From Aplysia californica (Eukaryota): 64,000 nucleotides of DNA. The position numbers and the translations under genes were made by a program. Where the stretch lies: contig NW_004797539.1 of the NCBI RefSeq assembly GCF_000002075.1, positions 554,894 to 618,893 on the forward strand, written 5' to 3'. Below, in pieces: positions 12,359 through 25,225 of the stretch. The notes beneath the pieces were generated by a model. The model was not told the DNA's origin. It ran no database searches and saw nothing but the letters and a program-made list of their open reading frames with translations. Numbering within the stretch: the stretch's first letter is position 1; every line of letters starts with the position of its first letter.

Positions 12359-13543
12359 AGTTCATGTTTCACACATCCCAGTGTCGGGGAATAATGGCAT
12401 AGCTGCTGGACTTTGGAGACCTCTTCCTTGAAGACATTCCTGATGGAGACTTTTCAAGTTTGCACTTTAATAGGGAACTGTCATCCTATCTGCATTAATG
12501 AAAAATGTGATTTACATTGTGGCAAATCTGTCCTCTGAGTAGTCTGAGAAACAAGAATATTGATAAAATGTGCCTTAGTTCATTAAGTATGGTAATGACA
12601 GAAATACGTACTGATACATGTGCATTCAGAGGACAATTTCATTGAAGTCGTTTTATCTAACAGAGGAAACTCCAAAACATGAGCAGCTGTGTAGTGTAAC
12701 TGTAACTGTTCCGGGCATCATGCATTATCAAATTAAACATGAAAAAGGGTTTTTCCTTTGGTGAAGGAGCAGTTACCGGTAGATAGTACAAACTTTGTGA
12801 AAATTTGTGTTTATTGTCAAGAACCCTGGTAAATGGTTGCCCTCATTTTCCTGGATCTATAAAAATCCTCCCAAGTTTGTAAAATAATAAAGCTAATGTA
12901 TGAAAAACAGAAATTTATGAAGCCTGGCACTAGCATGCCATAGACTGGAGGGAATATAAAATGTCATACTTTGGGATACATGTACTTACTTGTTTTTTTT
13001 TCTTCTGAGGAATATTCTTTTGTTGAAAATGGTATTGGTACCTACATACTGATCTCTCATCTCTTTTGAGGAGAAAGTTATGATGAATTGTGGTTGATGT
13101 GATCAATGTAGCCAGACTCATTTTTATTATAATTGCAATTGCTGTGGAAGCCATGTCTACCATTGAATATTCTGCTTTTTATTCATCATCATGTTGCTTA
13201 TGTTTTACAATTATACAGAGAACGATGTGAATTATACTGCGTACTTACAAAAAATGTGCGCTACTAGAGATGCACTACAAAAGATGATGATGGAGAAGCA
13301 CGTTTTAAAAAAATGTAATTGTCATGAGATGGGATTTACTTTTCTTTTTGTTTTTCAAGAGGTGGGATTTACTTTTATACTTTTTTGCTGTAAAATTAAT
13401 AATTATGCTTTTTTGATTCTTTGTGAGAGTTTAAGGGGTGATCTCTCAATTTGTTGCAATAAAGTTGCGAAGGTGCTGATTTCTATCAGAATTCACGCTT
13501 TTTAGTTTTTTGTTAATTAATTAATTTACCTCTTTAGCGCCTA

Positions 13544-15198
13544 TTGTTGTTATCGATCCAGCAACAGCTGGGCTCTCACCCTTCTTTCCAATGCCATGAA
13601 ATGATAAGTGCAGGTTTGCTGCTGTTGCTGTTATGTTCCATAGAGTGTGTTGTCAATATTTGGTCTCGGAGGGAGAAGGGTAGCTCTGATGTCATTTAGG
13701 GCTGTGCAGTGGAACAGGTGATGATCCACACTCTCATTGTATAGTCACACAAGGGACACATTGGGGGAAGTTCTGGATTTTTTCTGTTCAAGTGGAAGTT
13801 GAGCTGTATTATATGATCTGTTCGTAGGCAGAAGATCATGGTCTGTTTCTTTCTCTGTAGGTGGTTGATATTGTCATTCCGTTTTGTTGTGGTCATATGT
13901 TTGAAAACTGCTCTGCCTGTCTTTCCAAAGGCCCATCTGATCATCCAGTCTTGTTTGTTGTTGCTTTTAATGATTTGTTTGCAGTGTTGTATGAAGTTGG
14001 AATGTTGGGGAGTTCCTGTCTTGATCCCCATTTGGCAAGTGTGTCTGTTCTGTAATTTCCAGGTATGTTTGAGTGTCCGGGAACCCACTACATTACATCA
14101 TGTACCAAGTTGATGCCACAGATTGTCATCAGATGATGGGAGCCAAACAGTTTTTGTCAGATATTGGTTTAGATGATGGTAATTTTCTATTGCTTGCAAG
14201 TCTGATAGTGAGTCAATGAAAATCACAATACTCTGTGCTTTTCCAGGATGAGTATTGAGTGTCAAAAACTGCGGAGATGGTACAGTGCTGTTTCAGTTGC
14301 CATAATTTCTCTTCTGCATTACAGTTGCTGCATTTCTCTCCACAGGCTCTCACTGAAACTTCCATCTGGGAACTGTATTAGTATTCCATATCCGGGTTTG
14401 ATCGTGCCTTTGAATGCTAAGCCATCTGTATAGATGTGTATCCAATTATTTAAATAGCTGTAGATTATTTGAGTCTTATGTGATGCAAGCATCAGCGTCC
14501 CTGGGTCTGAAGATTTTGTGCTCGTGTCTCTGAGAGATGTTGTAATGATAGTTTTTTTTTAAGATAGGAGGGAGGGATGTTTTGGTTGACTCTTTAACTT
14601 TTGGTTTCTTTTCTGTTTTGTGGTAGATGGTGACTAGAGCTGGAGTTCGCTCGATTAATCGAAGGCTTACGAGCAGGCTTGTGCTTTGCTTTGCCTCCCG
14701 CTCGCTTCCGGGGGAACTTCTGGTGTGTTCGCGGACAGTCTTGCCAGGTTGCGAGCATGCAAATCAAATCATATGTCTCAAGTGTCTTGCTGTGCTGCGA
14801 GCGGGATTTGAGACTTGATGGCCGTCCTCTGCTTGCAGGCCTTTGTGATTAATCGAACAGACTCCAGCTCTAGTGTCCCGCCGCGCAGTGACTCTGTGAG
14901 CGGGGTCTCTCTCTCTCTTTCTGACGTAAGTGGCTTCGCGGATTGCAAGCAGGGTGGTGGGAGGGGGGGTCTGACACGAGTGGCTTTGCAGATTGCTAGT
15001 TGGTGTGGACTTGAAGCTTAGACTAGACTCAACTTATCGTGCTAGTGATTTGATTTGATGGTTTGACCTCGTAATTTGAGTAACTTGTACTAGGGACTTG
15101 CGAGCACGAGTGGGTTTGCTACCGGGGTACAGCTCTAATGGTGACTCTCCATTAGTTCTGTGATTGTAGAATTTGTTTCTTTGGTTTCCATGTTTCTA
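13544..15198 (-). mobile_element. Decayed 3' part of an RNase H-containing LINE (I/Nimb-like), interrupted by a hAT MITE
   Basis: Reverse-complement homolog of 16522-17216 (WALGKTGRAVFKHM, PPMCPLCDY, CAA tail); extends further 5' into the RNase H N-terminal half. Confidence 0.85.
14635..15137. mobile_element. hAT-like MITE
   Basis: TIR TAGAGCTG...CAGCTCTA with a perfect 8-bp TSD ATGGTGAC (14627-14634 and 15138-15145). Confidence 0.85.
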
Positions 15199-16242
15199 CA
15201 GTTGAGTCCACTTACAAGGAGTCCTTAAGTAACGAGAAGTCTGTTATAAAGACACATTCTAAAACCCTGTTTTTTTCCCTTCTATATCTTTGTATATAAA
15301 ATACTGCTACAGTGGAATCCTGTTATAACGAGAGGGAGGGGACCAGAGCAAAATGTCCGTTATAGCAGGATTCTTGCTATAAGGGATCCAGTAATAAATT
15401 CAAGGGAAACTGTAAAGTAGGCCTAATCTATGAGTTTGTTGTTCTGTTTTTCCTTTTGCTATCTCCCCTGATGATGATTTGTTTCAACATGACCTCTAGG
15501 TCTTACTTGATCAAAAATCAAATCAGGTTTCTTTCTCTAGCGCTAGATCTAGCGATGTGGACTGACAGCTTGGCGTTGGCGATCAGAAAGAAAGGGCTCT
15601 GGGCTAACTCGCCCGCTGTGTTTTCCCCCACCCCACCCCACCCCACCCTGTTGTGCATTCTGTCTGCTTGCGCACGTCACACATTCGCTTCATCCATCAC
15701 ATTGCTGTGACCTCTCCATCCCTGCATCGGAGAAGTGAGAGGCATGGTAGGCCTTGATAATCTAAACTAGGCTTATGCTGGCCTATCACGCGATGCGTTC
15801 TGCTTGTCTCAATTGTCTGCGAATGCCGCACCCTCCCTACTCAGTTGCTCTGGCCTTCATTGTTGACGCACATGGGCTCTCCTATTCTTTGTTTTGCTAG
15901 ATCACCAACAAGTTTCTCAAACTGGCGAGCTTTTGCATTATGTATAATTGGCCCATGCGCTGCGCACAGCAGCAGCAATATTCCGCTATATAACCGACTC
16001 GCATGTTTGTCTGATAGCGCTATAGCAGTATTTTATTTACAAAGGTAAAGAGGAGAAAAAAAACGGGGTTTTAGAATAGTGCCTTTATAACAGACTTCTC
16101 GTTTTTTCCGGACTCGTTATAAGTGGACTCCACTGTATTTCCCTTAAATTTATTACTGGATCCCTTATGATATAACGAAAATCCTGCTAGAACGGATATT
16201 TCGCACCAGTCCCCTCCCTCTCGTTATAACAGGATTCCACTG
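15199..16242. mobile_element. Two nested pogo/Tigger-like MITEs of one family (inner copy 15310-16135)
   Basis: Inner TA|CAGTGGAATCC...GGACTCCACTG|TA; the outer short copy lies in the opposite orientation (15199-15309 plus 16136-16242). Related element at 20558-21026. Confidence 0.75.
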
Positions 16243-16428
16243 TGCTAATTTCCTGTTTGGCTGATCGGGGCACATTCTTTTGGTTCTTTCGTGTAGCTCC
16301 TGGGGTCATTTTGTACCCCCTGGGTTGTATTCTTCACATTTTAGAATAGGCCTACTTGTAGTACGAAGATCTCTTTGAAACTTTCAGCATTTCTCAAAAA
16401 ATCATTTTGACAGACTATACGAATCGGA

Positions 16429-17216
16429 TGGTCTTTATTTCTCCTTGTTCTTTATGCTCTCCTCTTGGCTTTTTATGGTTAGACTTTGGTCAAGTTTGAG
16501 TCCTAGGTATGTTGGTTGTTCTTCAACTGTGATCTTCACTGACTCACTATCAGTCTTGCAAGCAATAGAAAATGATCACCATGTAAACGAAGACTTGACA
16601 CATATACTGTTTGGCTCCCATCATCTGATAACATTCTGTGGCGTCAACCTAGTGATGCAGTGGATTCCCGGACACTCAAACATACCTGGAAATGACAGAG
16701 CAGACACACTCGCCAAAAGGGGATCTAGACAGGAACAACCCAACATTCCAACTTCATACCACACTGCAAAACAAATCATTAAAAGCAACAGCAAACAAGA
16801 TTGGATGAACAGATGGGCCTTGGGAAAGACAGGCAGAGCAGTTTTCAAACATATGACTACAACAAAACGAAATGACAATATCAACCACCTTCAGAGAAAG
16901 AAACAGACCACGATCTTCCGCCTATGAACAGAACATATACAGCTCAACTTTCACTTGAACAGAATAAAACCAGAACTTCCCCCAATGTGTCCTTTGTGTG
17001 ACTATGCATATGAGACAGTGGAACATCACCTTTTCCACTGTACAGCCCTAAATGACATCAGAGCTACCCTTCTCCCTCCGAGACCTAACTTCGACAACAC
17101 ACTCTACGGAACATTACAGCAACTGCAGCAAACCTGCACTTATCACTACATGGCATTGGACAGAAGGGCGAGAGCCCAGATGTTGCTGGATCGATAACAA
17201 CAACAACAACAACAAC
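16429..17216 (+). mobile_element. 5'-truncated, 5'-inverted RNase H LINE (I/Nimb-like)
   Basis: TVIFTDSLSVL...QWIPGHSNIPGNDRADTLAK (RNase H), CPLC...ETVEHHLFHC zinc knuckle and (CAA)n tail. 16429-16521 encodes the RT motif EQPTYLGLKLDQSLT on the minus strand. Confidence 0.88.
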
Positions 17217-18279
17217 TTCTTTGGGGAAATTTTCATAATTTCCTATCTTCAGTTGTAGCACCTGTAGTGGTTGCAGTAGTAGCATTTTTGTGTGAAGTGC
17301 AAAGCATTACGTGTGATGCATGTATGTATGTGTAATTTTGTTTAAAAGTAAATGGTAAACCCTGTTCAAAAAGTGTATCACATTATAAATCATGCCACTT
17401 ACATGATAAGGGACAGCTGTCTACTATCAGTTTTAATGGAACAAACTTATGGAAATAATGTTGTGTGTATCAACCTGTTACTAGTTACATGTATTTGTTA
17501 TACCATGTTCTAGGGTAATGAGAACACCACAAGCTCAAACAACACCCAGGGGTGAATGTTGATTTACTATGGCAACACTTTTTGATACATACCAGCATAG
17601 TTTCACACTTTCAAAAGTGAATGATAATAGTGATTGTGGAAAACAGCCTCCTGTTTTTAATTATGACAAATGAAAAAGGAGATATCTTGGCTACCAGCAG
17701 GGTACAGTACACTGATGAAGAGAGATCTCAACGTCGACCTCAACTGTGTGGGATACATGCTAGTTAATTTAATTTAATTAAGCCCTTGAAGGTTTCCGTT
17801 TACCCTTTCTTCAGCACATGGTTTGCTATTCAATAATATTGTGAAGGCACGAAAGTATAACCCAGACAAACAGAACAAAGGACAGTAAAGTAAGACTATT
17901 CATAGAGAGAAAAGGAGAGAAAAGGACATAAATTCAGACACCATTTGGAATTTTGAACATCTCTGTTCTGATAATAATTAAAAATGAATCAGTTGTCGGC
18001 CAGAAGTGCATTCATTAGAGCAACTGACACATCATACACAACTATTGTCCTGCCAGTGCCACAGTGCGCTGACTTTCAGGTACTTTATACTTTATGTCGT
18101 ATACGGACCAGTCTGTCCAGTAATAGGGTAGAAATGAATTCTTAATTTTGCCCAGATTCCAATTCCCCAAAAAGCACACGAGATAACTGAGTTGTTTTTT
18201 TGGGGTCTTTTTTGTCCTCTGAAAATACTGTTGCTAGATTCCATTTTTTCTGCACGAGCAAGGAAAAAAACCAGTACAG

Positions 18280-19090
18280 TAGTCTCCACCCAAGATCCCA
18301 GTGCTCCGGAGCAAGGAAAATGTGGGATCTTAGCCGATGCACCAAGAGAAAAATCCACTGTGACCCTTAGTTCCACAACTGGTAAAATGGTCTCCCTTTA
18401 CACTAAAATGAACTGACGTGACCCCAAAGTGGGTTATGACTTATGGCGAACAAAGAGTGGTCAGCTGAGATGACCAATCACAGTGGCATGAGGCATGCCA
18501 TTTTCACTTATTGCGAGTCTCAAGATCTTATCCGGTTGTTCCTCCCCTCTACCTGTCCAAAATTTATAGTTTTCCATCTTTGACCGAGTTCCCCCTACTT
18601 TGTCGCTACTCACCATTGGGCTGGGTTTTGACCATACCAATTAAAATTTAGTGTGTCTCACTAATTCAGGAGCAGAAACAACTACAAATGTACTGAAATG
18701 GTCAGGGAAGAGTTCACAGTTTGATGTGATCCCGCCTGGAGCGAACTTGTAGGCCCTATCCACCCAGTGTGCTGCGATGTAAGTTTAGGTGGATAGCTCA
18801 TATTTTAGTACGATGGTTGGGGAAAAACAAACACCTCGACAATTCCCACCATGGTGTGATCCCATCACAGGCAAACATTGTACTGTTGCATCAAGATTTA
18901 CAATAGACATGCTATCACATTCACGAGAGTGACTGATCTGTGACAGGACAGTCAGTTCAAGTTCAATGAGAGCAAATTTTCACTCTTGGTTGATCTTTTG
19001 TGCCGCCTGGGTTTTGTACTGTAAATTATGATCTGAAATGTGGGATCTTAGCTGAATGTAAACCTTCAGAGTGGGATCTCAGAAAGCCTA
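18280..19090. mobile_element. TIR element, family I (Academ-like TAG...CTA termini)
   Basis: TAGTCTCCACCCAAGATCCCA...TGGGATCTCAGAAAGCCTA; about 600 bp is homologous (inverted) to the interior of the family H copies. Confidence 0.6.
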
Positions 19091-19119
19091 CAAAAGACCA
19101 TGGTTGGACAGCAGGAATG

Positions 19120-19219
19120 GAGAAAATTTTAGAGAAAAAAATATTCTGTCGTTGTCAGGTTACGGACCGGGACCTATTAAATGAGAGGCAAACACATTAA
19201 CCTCTAGACCACGAGAGCT
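19120..19219 (-). mobile_element. tRNA-derived SINE fragment, family S1
   Basis: Minus strand GCTCTCGTGGTCTAGAGGTTA...GGTCCCGGTCCGTAACCTGACAACGAC; matches 4444-4545. Confidence 0.6.
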
Positions 19220-19599
19220 ATCGGGTGAATATTTATCGAGTACTATATATCAAGTCCTTCTGCTAGGATGTTGTATCCCTCTCAGCCGAGGATGGCCCTG
19301 ACAGGCAGGATCGTAGCTCATCTCCTAAATGATCTAAATTGTATCAAAAGGGGCATAAAATCACATAAATTAACTGTGTTCCGTTTAATAAAACCCCACT
19401 GTAACTACAATATATAATACAAGCCACCTGGCAGAGTGAATCATTCCATGTTGCATGTTTTCGCTCAATACTATGATGCAACAAGGCAGATTGATTGACT
19501 AGACTGACATCCTAAGAAACTCTGCAATCAAAATTAAGAGAAAGAGCCAAAAGATAAATGCTTGAATTTCAACATACTGATTTGTAATTTGTAATGGTA

Positions 19600-19605
19600 T
19601 TTATT
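19600..19605 (-). terminator. Probable MRPS16 poly(A) signal
   Basis: AATAAA on the minus strand about 60 nt after the stop codon. Confidence 0.55.
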
Positions 19606-19665
19606 TGAGGGACATGCAATCCAACAAAAAATGACATGTTACTATTTACAATAATGTATCAACAG

Positions 19666-22600
19666 TTATTGACTTTTCTCTGTGTCCTCCTCCTGTAAAT
19701 GCTCCTCTGTATCGTTTGTCGCTGCTTCCATCTTTTTTCTGTTTCGTTTCGCGATAGTGTAGCTCATTGGGAAAACTGGCAGTAATCCTCCAAGACCTGA
19801 AATATGAGGAGATTGACTGTTATTATGACTTACAGAGCTTGCCACTAAAACTGTCACCAAGTATTGGCCAAGGGAAAATTGCAGGCAAAAGGAGGAGTAG
19901 ATCAATAAAATCTTATCATAGTCATAGAACATGGCAATTTGGACAGAGCAATCGAAGGCTCATGATCCAAATGACCAGTGAAGATAGAGCAAATTGAGAC
20001 CACTGACATAGCATGCATTGGCAGAGACCTTCAATGATAAAGAAGCTGGAAGTTGAAATTGCCTCTGCAGACTGATGTGGTGTATCATGTATGGACCATG
20101 GACAAACCAAATGTTTTGCAACTATCGAAAACACTTCGGTCTGAGTTTGATCATATTATGGTTTAGCAATAAAACCCCCAAGATGCTTCATTTGACTCAC
20201 TGCTATGCATGTGGTGGAAAGTCTCCCTTTACTCTGTGTTGATACTGGTCCACTATGTCCATCTAAAATGTACTGAAACTAAAAGTAATGGAAGTTCAGT
20301 TCACCTCTCTATAGATAGTGCTTGTCAGTGTACCAGTACTCACTGTTACTTTTGAAACACCCCAGAGGTGGGATGTAGAGAAGGGCTAAAGGGCTTGATT
20401 CCCCCCAGTACTCTTTCCCTATTAGAAGTAAATGAATGTTTCTTAATTAATTTACCCCTTCCTCAGAGATAAAGAGTTTAAGTTTATCTGATTTCATAAC
20501 ATTTTGCCCAGGCTCATTTCTAAAGGTTCATTTTTATCTTGGGCAACTCATATTGTACAATGGAAACCTGATATAACAGGAATGGTGGGACTGCAGGAGA
20601 AGTCCTGTCATATCAGATCCCTGTTAAATAAAAAAGCAAGGGAAGTCAGCATTTGTGGATAAATTCAGCTGTATTTATTCATGGGTAGTATCCCTTGACA
20701 CAAGTACCCTGTGCATGACACATTACGAGTGCGTGTAGCTAGGCTTAGGGCTACATCGAAGTCTGCAGCACACCGCAGCCCTCTCTTGTTTCACCTGCTG
20801 CATGTGCTTGCTCCATCACTGCGTTACTCTCTCTCTCTTACTTTTTACACATTGTTAACGAACCTTTGTTCCTGCTATAACCGATTGGGCTCCGATGAGG
20901 CCCTGTTATTGCCGATAACTTTTAATAATAGACACAAAGTAGGAAAAAAACGGGGAGTAAAAAAATCCCTGTTATTACCAGATCCCTTTTATTACGGGGC
21001 CTGTTATATTATTATGGTTTCCACTGTAGACTGTAGATGTAACATTAATGTGTCAGATGATGCAGAATTTATTTAGCTTAAAACTGATGCTGCATGAGTG
21101 GGTATTACAAGCCTCAAACATGACATTTTCAAGTTCCTTTTGGATGCCATTGTATAAATTTATAAATAACTCCCTTACTTAAACTTTTTCTCTAACAGCA
21201 ACCTTCATTGCTGCACTTAATTGTCTGACAAATTTTTGTTGCCAATTCAAAAAGACTGAGACAGGCCAATAATTTCATGTGTGTGCATCCCTCCTCTCTT
21301 TTATCTCTATCTCTCCACAAAACTTGCTTGGGCCAAACATGCACTACAAGAGTACAGGAGCCCAGTTCTTACGGTACCAAAGATCGAGCAACGCGAGGCG
21401 CACACTACACACCAGCGCAAACTTTGTTGCAGCATCCTTGTAAGGCCTGTTTACGGCTGCTTGCTGGGGAAAATGTCTAGCGAGTTGATTATGGCAAGCT
21501 CATGGACCTCCTGATGGAAATGGATGTTGACCCCTGGTGGGTACAATGGATTCCAAGGCTCTGTTTGAGAGGAAGGTGGCGATGGATGTCAGACCAAATA
21601 GTGATTGCCTCAGGACTGCCACAAGGATCAGCCTTATCACCGGTCCTGTTCAACATACATCCAAAATTGCCAGGATCAGTGTAAGCGGAGCAGGAAGAAT
21701 CCTAACCTTTGCAGATGTGATGGTCTACGGACGAGGTCATGATAGGCTAGCGGTTGGACGGATGCTACAGGACAGGCTCAGCATGGTCGCAGATTGATGT
21801 GAGGAATACAATGTGGCCATCGGTCCAGGCAAAGCACAGGTCATCTGGTGCTCACTCAACAACCGTATTGTGAAAGATCCTACCCCTCCAATTGTGTTTG
21901 AATACTTTCTCGTAGACAGACAGTATGAGTTGGAGTACCTGGGAATCACTCTGGAAAGGACACTTTCTTTTCGAAAACATATTGACAATGTTGCTGTCAG
22001 GGCTCAGAAGGGCATTAACGTAGTGAAGACCTTGGCTTCAGTGGGAGTTCTTTTTCTCCTAATGCAGCTGGTGGTTCTGTCAGTCATAGACTATGGTCTG
22101 GGCATCCTCTCCTTGTCCAAGACTCAGATAGACAGGACGGAGAGAGTACAGAATGCAGCTATGAAGGCAGTCTTGGGTTGCACAAAGGACACCCATGTTG
22201 TCTGTATGAGATATATCCTGGACCTGGTCAGCATCAGAGTGAGCCATAAGGTGGCACAGGCAAAGCTGTACTTGAATGTTTTGGGAGACCCTATGCAACC
22301 TCTGCATGACAATCTGAGCAGCATCAAAAGAAATAGAGTCAAATGGGGCAGCTCATGAATGGCAAAAGTTGAAAACTCCTTGAGGAAAGTTTGTGGCATC
22401 GATGAAATATGCAGTGGAAAGGAATGGTTTGAACACAGCCCCGATTGCAGAAGCCTGGCCAACGTTCACATCACTAGGCTGTCGTACCAAGGCAGACCGA
22501 CGCATCTGCAAAATTGTTAATTTTTGCATCTTCATTTAAATGGACGCCTATACTAGTGGTGGGCAAAATTCGGATAACATATCCGGATAACCGAAAAATT

Positions 22601-24862
22601 CTCAATGAAACGTTTTATCCAAAGACTCTTAAACTCTCTGTCCTGACCCGTTTGTCGAAGTGGTTCTAACCCATTTGCTGAAGCGGTTCATAATGCACTT
22701 AATTGCCAAAGAGGTGCACTTACATATTATCCTAATTTTGCTAAAGCGACTCATTGTCCAGCCCTAGCCTATACCCATTCTGCATCATGTGTTAAAGGCT
22801 GGAAGACGTACTGCACTACAAATACGATATATTTCACTGTGGCAAACAGACGTAACTGAAGGGCCATGCCCATATTTCCATTGGCAGCGTGACGTAACTG
22901 AAAATCATAAAAAGTGCAGATACGTCGCTCTGCCTTGGCACAGCAGTATGGGTCGTGAAAGACGGGAATGTGCTGCTGTCATTAACGACAATGACATTAT
23001 ATGACAGTTAATTGATGAGCACTCTTAAGCCAGAGAACCCAGTGATCTACATGGATGGATTGGTCAGGAGGGGTGAGAGAAGTGGGTGGGGTTTTCTGGT
23101 GTACAATGGGAACAAACAGGTTTATATAGCATGTCAGGGGTCACAGAAAGATAAACTTCAAGCATGAAAATGGAGATTGAGGCCGTAACAAGAGCGCTAG
23201 GCTGGTTTCAAAATACCCAAGAACTACCCATCTCATTATTGTTACAGACTCCCAGAGCATCCTGCGAAGGGTTGAGAAAGGGCTGCTTCAGAGTGAATGG
23301 ATGAACCCAATACAACACTCATCACTTAGAGCCATCGCATGGATATTCTGTCCTGGGCACTCTGGAGTGAAGGGCAATGAGGAGGTTGACAGGCTGGCAG
23401 GCAGTGCTGTGGTTGATGGTGAGGTGAAATTTGACAAAGGAGAAGTGTTGAAGACCCTGGAGGAAAAGTTGCGGGATGAGGAAGACTGGGAGACAGCAGA
23501 ACACCAAGCAATCATCAGGATGAGGGAAATGGGGATAGAGAGGGGAGAAGGAAGAAAGGAACGATTATCTAGAAAGGAAAGACGTTGCTATAATCAGACA
23601 GCCACTGGAACAATCAGTCCAGTGTGCAATTACGTTGTTGCCCAGGACAGGTAATACAGGTAAAATAATACACTGTGCTCCCCTTCCCTTTGAAAATTCA
23701 GTTAGCAGCAATACCTCCCCCTCTTTTTCACCAAGCAGCAACCAAGGCCTACTTCCCCAAGGGGTTGCTAACTGTAAGGCGGAAAGCATTGTACTTATAA
23801 ATCAAGTGCTCTCTTGCACATGTTTATTCGGCAGTTGTAGTTGTTCACGGATCTACGTTTTCAGACCATAAGAATGCAACTCTCTCTCTTGCCCTTTTTA
23901 ACTCCCAGTGGAGCACAGGCCATCAACAGCATTACTCCAGAGAAGCCTGTCCTGAGCATCCTTTTCTATCTGTTTCAATGATGTCCCCGCTTTTATAAGA
24001 ATGCATGCCGGTAGTAAAATTATAATTAAATAATTTAACTGAGATTAGGAAGCTAAGCATTACATCATTACATTACAGGACCAGTGTCTATGATGGTGTA
24101 ATGGTCAGGTGCTTCGCTGTCACATTTAGAAGACCGGTGTTTAATTCCCAAAAGTGGAGAATTTTTATTGAGTAGCTCTGCCTTTCTGCAGGAATGCTGG
24201 AATTCTCTCTGTCAAGGCTGGCCTTAAAGGCTGGATCAGGGGCCCGCCTTATAAAGGGTCTAAATTGTGTTGATGGGGGTGTAAAATCACATGCGTTAAA
24301 AACATTTAAAAATTATGAAATACTGGAATGAAAAAAGGGTATGAGTAGAGAGAGTTCAATTTATAAACTCATCAAACCACCCCACCTCATCCCCTGCCAA
24401 AAACTTTTGTGTTCCGACAATGTAAAGATCATAATGACTAAATGCCCTCAACATTTTACTCACTGCTTCCTTTATGAAATTGTTGTAAAAAAGAAACCAA
24501 GATGGGTGGTTACAGAAGAAGGATAAAAAAAAGGATCTCCAATCCCAGTCATTTGTGCACACTAAAATCCAATTTTGTACAGTACCGGTATTTAAAGTTG
24601 GCTTACCTAATAATTTTTCTACAGGCTTGCTGAGAGCAACGTTGTTAGCAAGGTGGTATTTTATTCGTTCGATGTCCAGGGAAACAAGTTTTTCATTGTG
24701 AATGTTTGGCATGGAATCAAATGTTCCCAACTGTTCAAAAGGAGGTGCATCTCGAGGTCTTGTGTTTTTTGTAAGAACGATGTGATAAAAGGGTCTGTTT
24801 GTGCAGCCATGTAATGCCAAGCGGATGATATCAAATGATTTCCGTTGTGGGAGCCGGGGCAT
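19666..24862 (-). CDS. MRPS16: Mitochondrial ribosomal protein S16 (bS16m), 128 aa
   Basis: complement(join(19666..19796,24607..24862)), phase-1 intron G|GTAAGC...TTTCAG|. Protein MPRLPQRKSFDIIRLALHGCTNRPFYHIV...EQLGTFDSMPNIHNEKLVSLDIERIKYHL...LSKPVEKLLGLGGLLPVFPMS. An acceptor 12 nt upstream of the ATG (24875/24874) implies a non-coding first exon. Confidence 0.96.
20558..21026. mobile_element. pogo/Tigger-like MITE
   Basis: TA|CAATGGAAACC...GGTTTCCACTG|TA. Confidence 0.7.
22479..22946. mobile_element. TIR element inserted in the LINE
   Basis: CTGTCGTACCAAGGCAGACCGACGCATCTGCA...TGCAGATACGTCGCTCTGCCTTGGCACAGCAG; flanks TAGG and TATG. Confidence 0.65.
22554..22766. mobile_element. hAT-like MITE
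   Basis: TAGTGGTGGGCAA...TTGTCCAGCCCTA with a perfect 8-bp TSD GCCTATAC. Confidence 0.8.
23880..23990 (-). mobile_element. RTE LINE extreme 3' end
   Basis: Minus strand translates AQDRLLWSNAVDGLCSTGS* followed by a (GA)n tail. Confidence 0.55.
24085..24310 (+). mobile_element. tRNA-derived SINE, family S2
   Basis: TGGTGTAATGGTCAGG (A box), GTGTTTAATTCCC (B-box-like) and tail TTGTGTTGATGGGGGTGTAAAATC. Confidence 0.6.
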
Positions 24863-25225
24863 CCTTCAATTGATCTGAAATATTAAGCATTAGAAAAAAA
24901 TTAATCCAAAGAAGAAGAGATTGTAACAGCCATAAACTCAAAACTCTATCATTTTTCAGTTGTTATGAGCAATTTATTCATTGGACTTTGACAATTGAGT
25001 CAATCATGTTAGTCACTTAAGATATATTTGGGTGAGAAAGTACAGTAGGCTTCAAATACACATGTCATTTAACTCATAAACTTTACATATGGCAGTGTTT
25101 TTTCTTTATTTTAAAACAAAACTTCAGGAAGGCCTACAACAGCAAATCAAAGAGTTAAGTAATTATTAGAAACACCAGAAGGCTAACCAGGCAACAGGCT
25201 ATAGGAAAGACGGAGTGGGTAATAG

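Larger units (their letters stand above)
21320..23640 (+). mobile_element. Decayed LINE (RT + RNase H) in the MRPS16 intron, antisense to the gene
   Basis: Frameshifted RT motifs GLPQGSALSPVLFNI, FADV and YLGITLERTLSFRKHI; RNase H motifs TDSQSIL and WIFCPGHSGVKGNEEVDRLAG. Confidence 0.85.
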
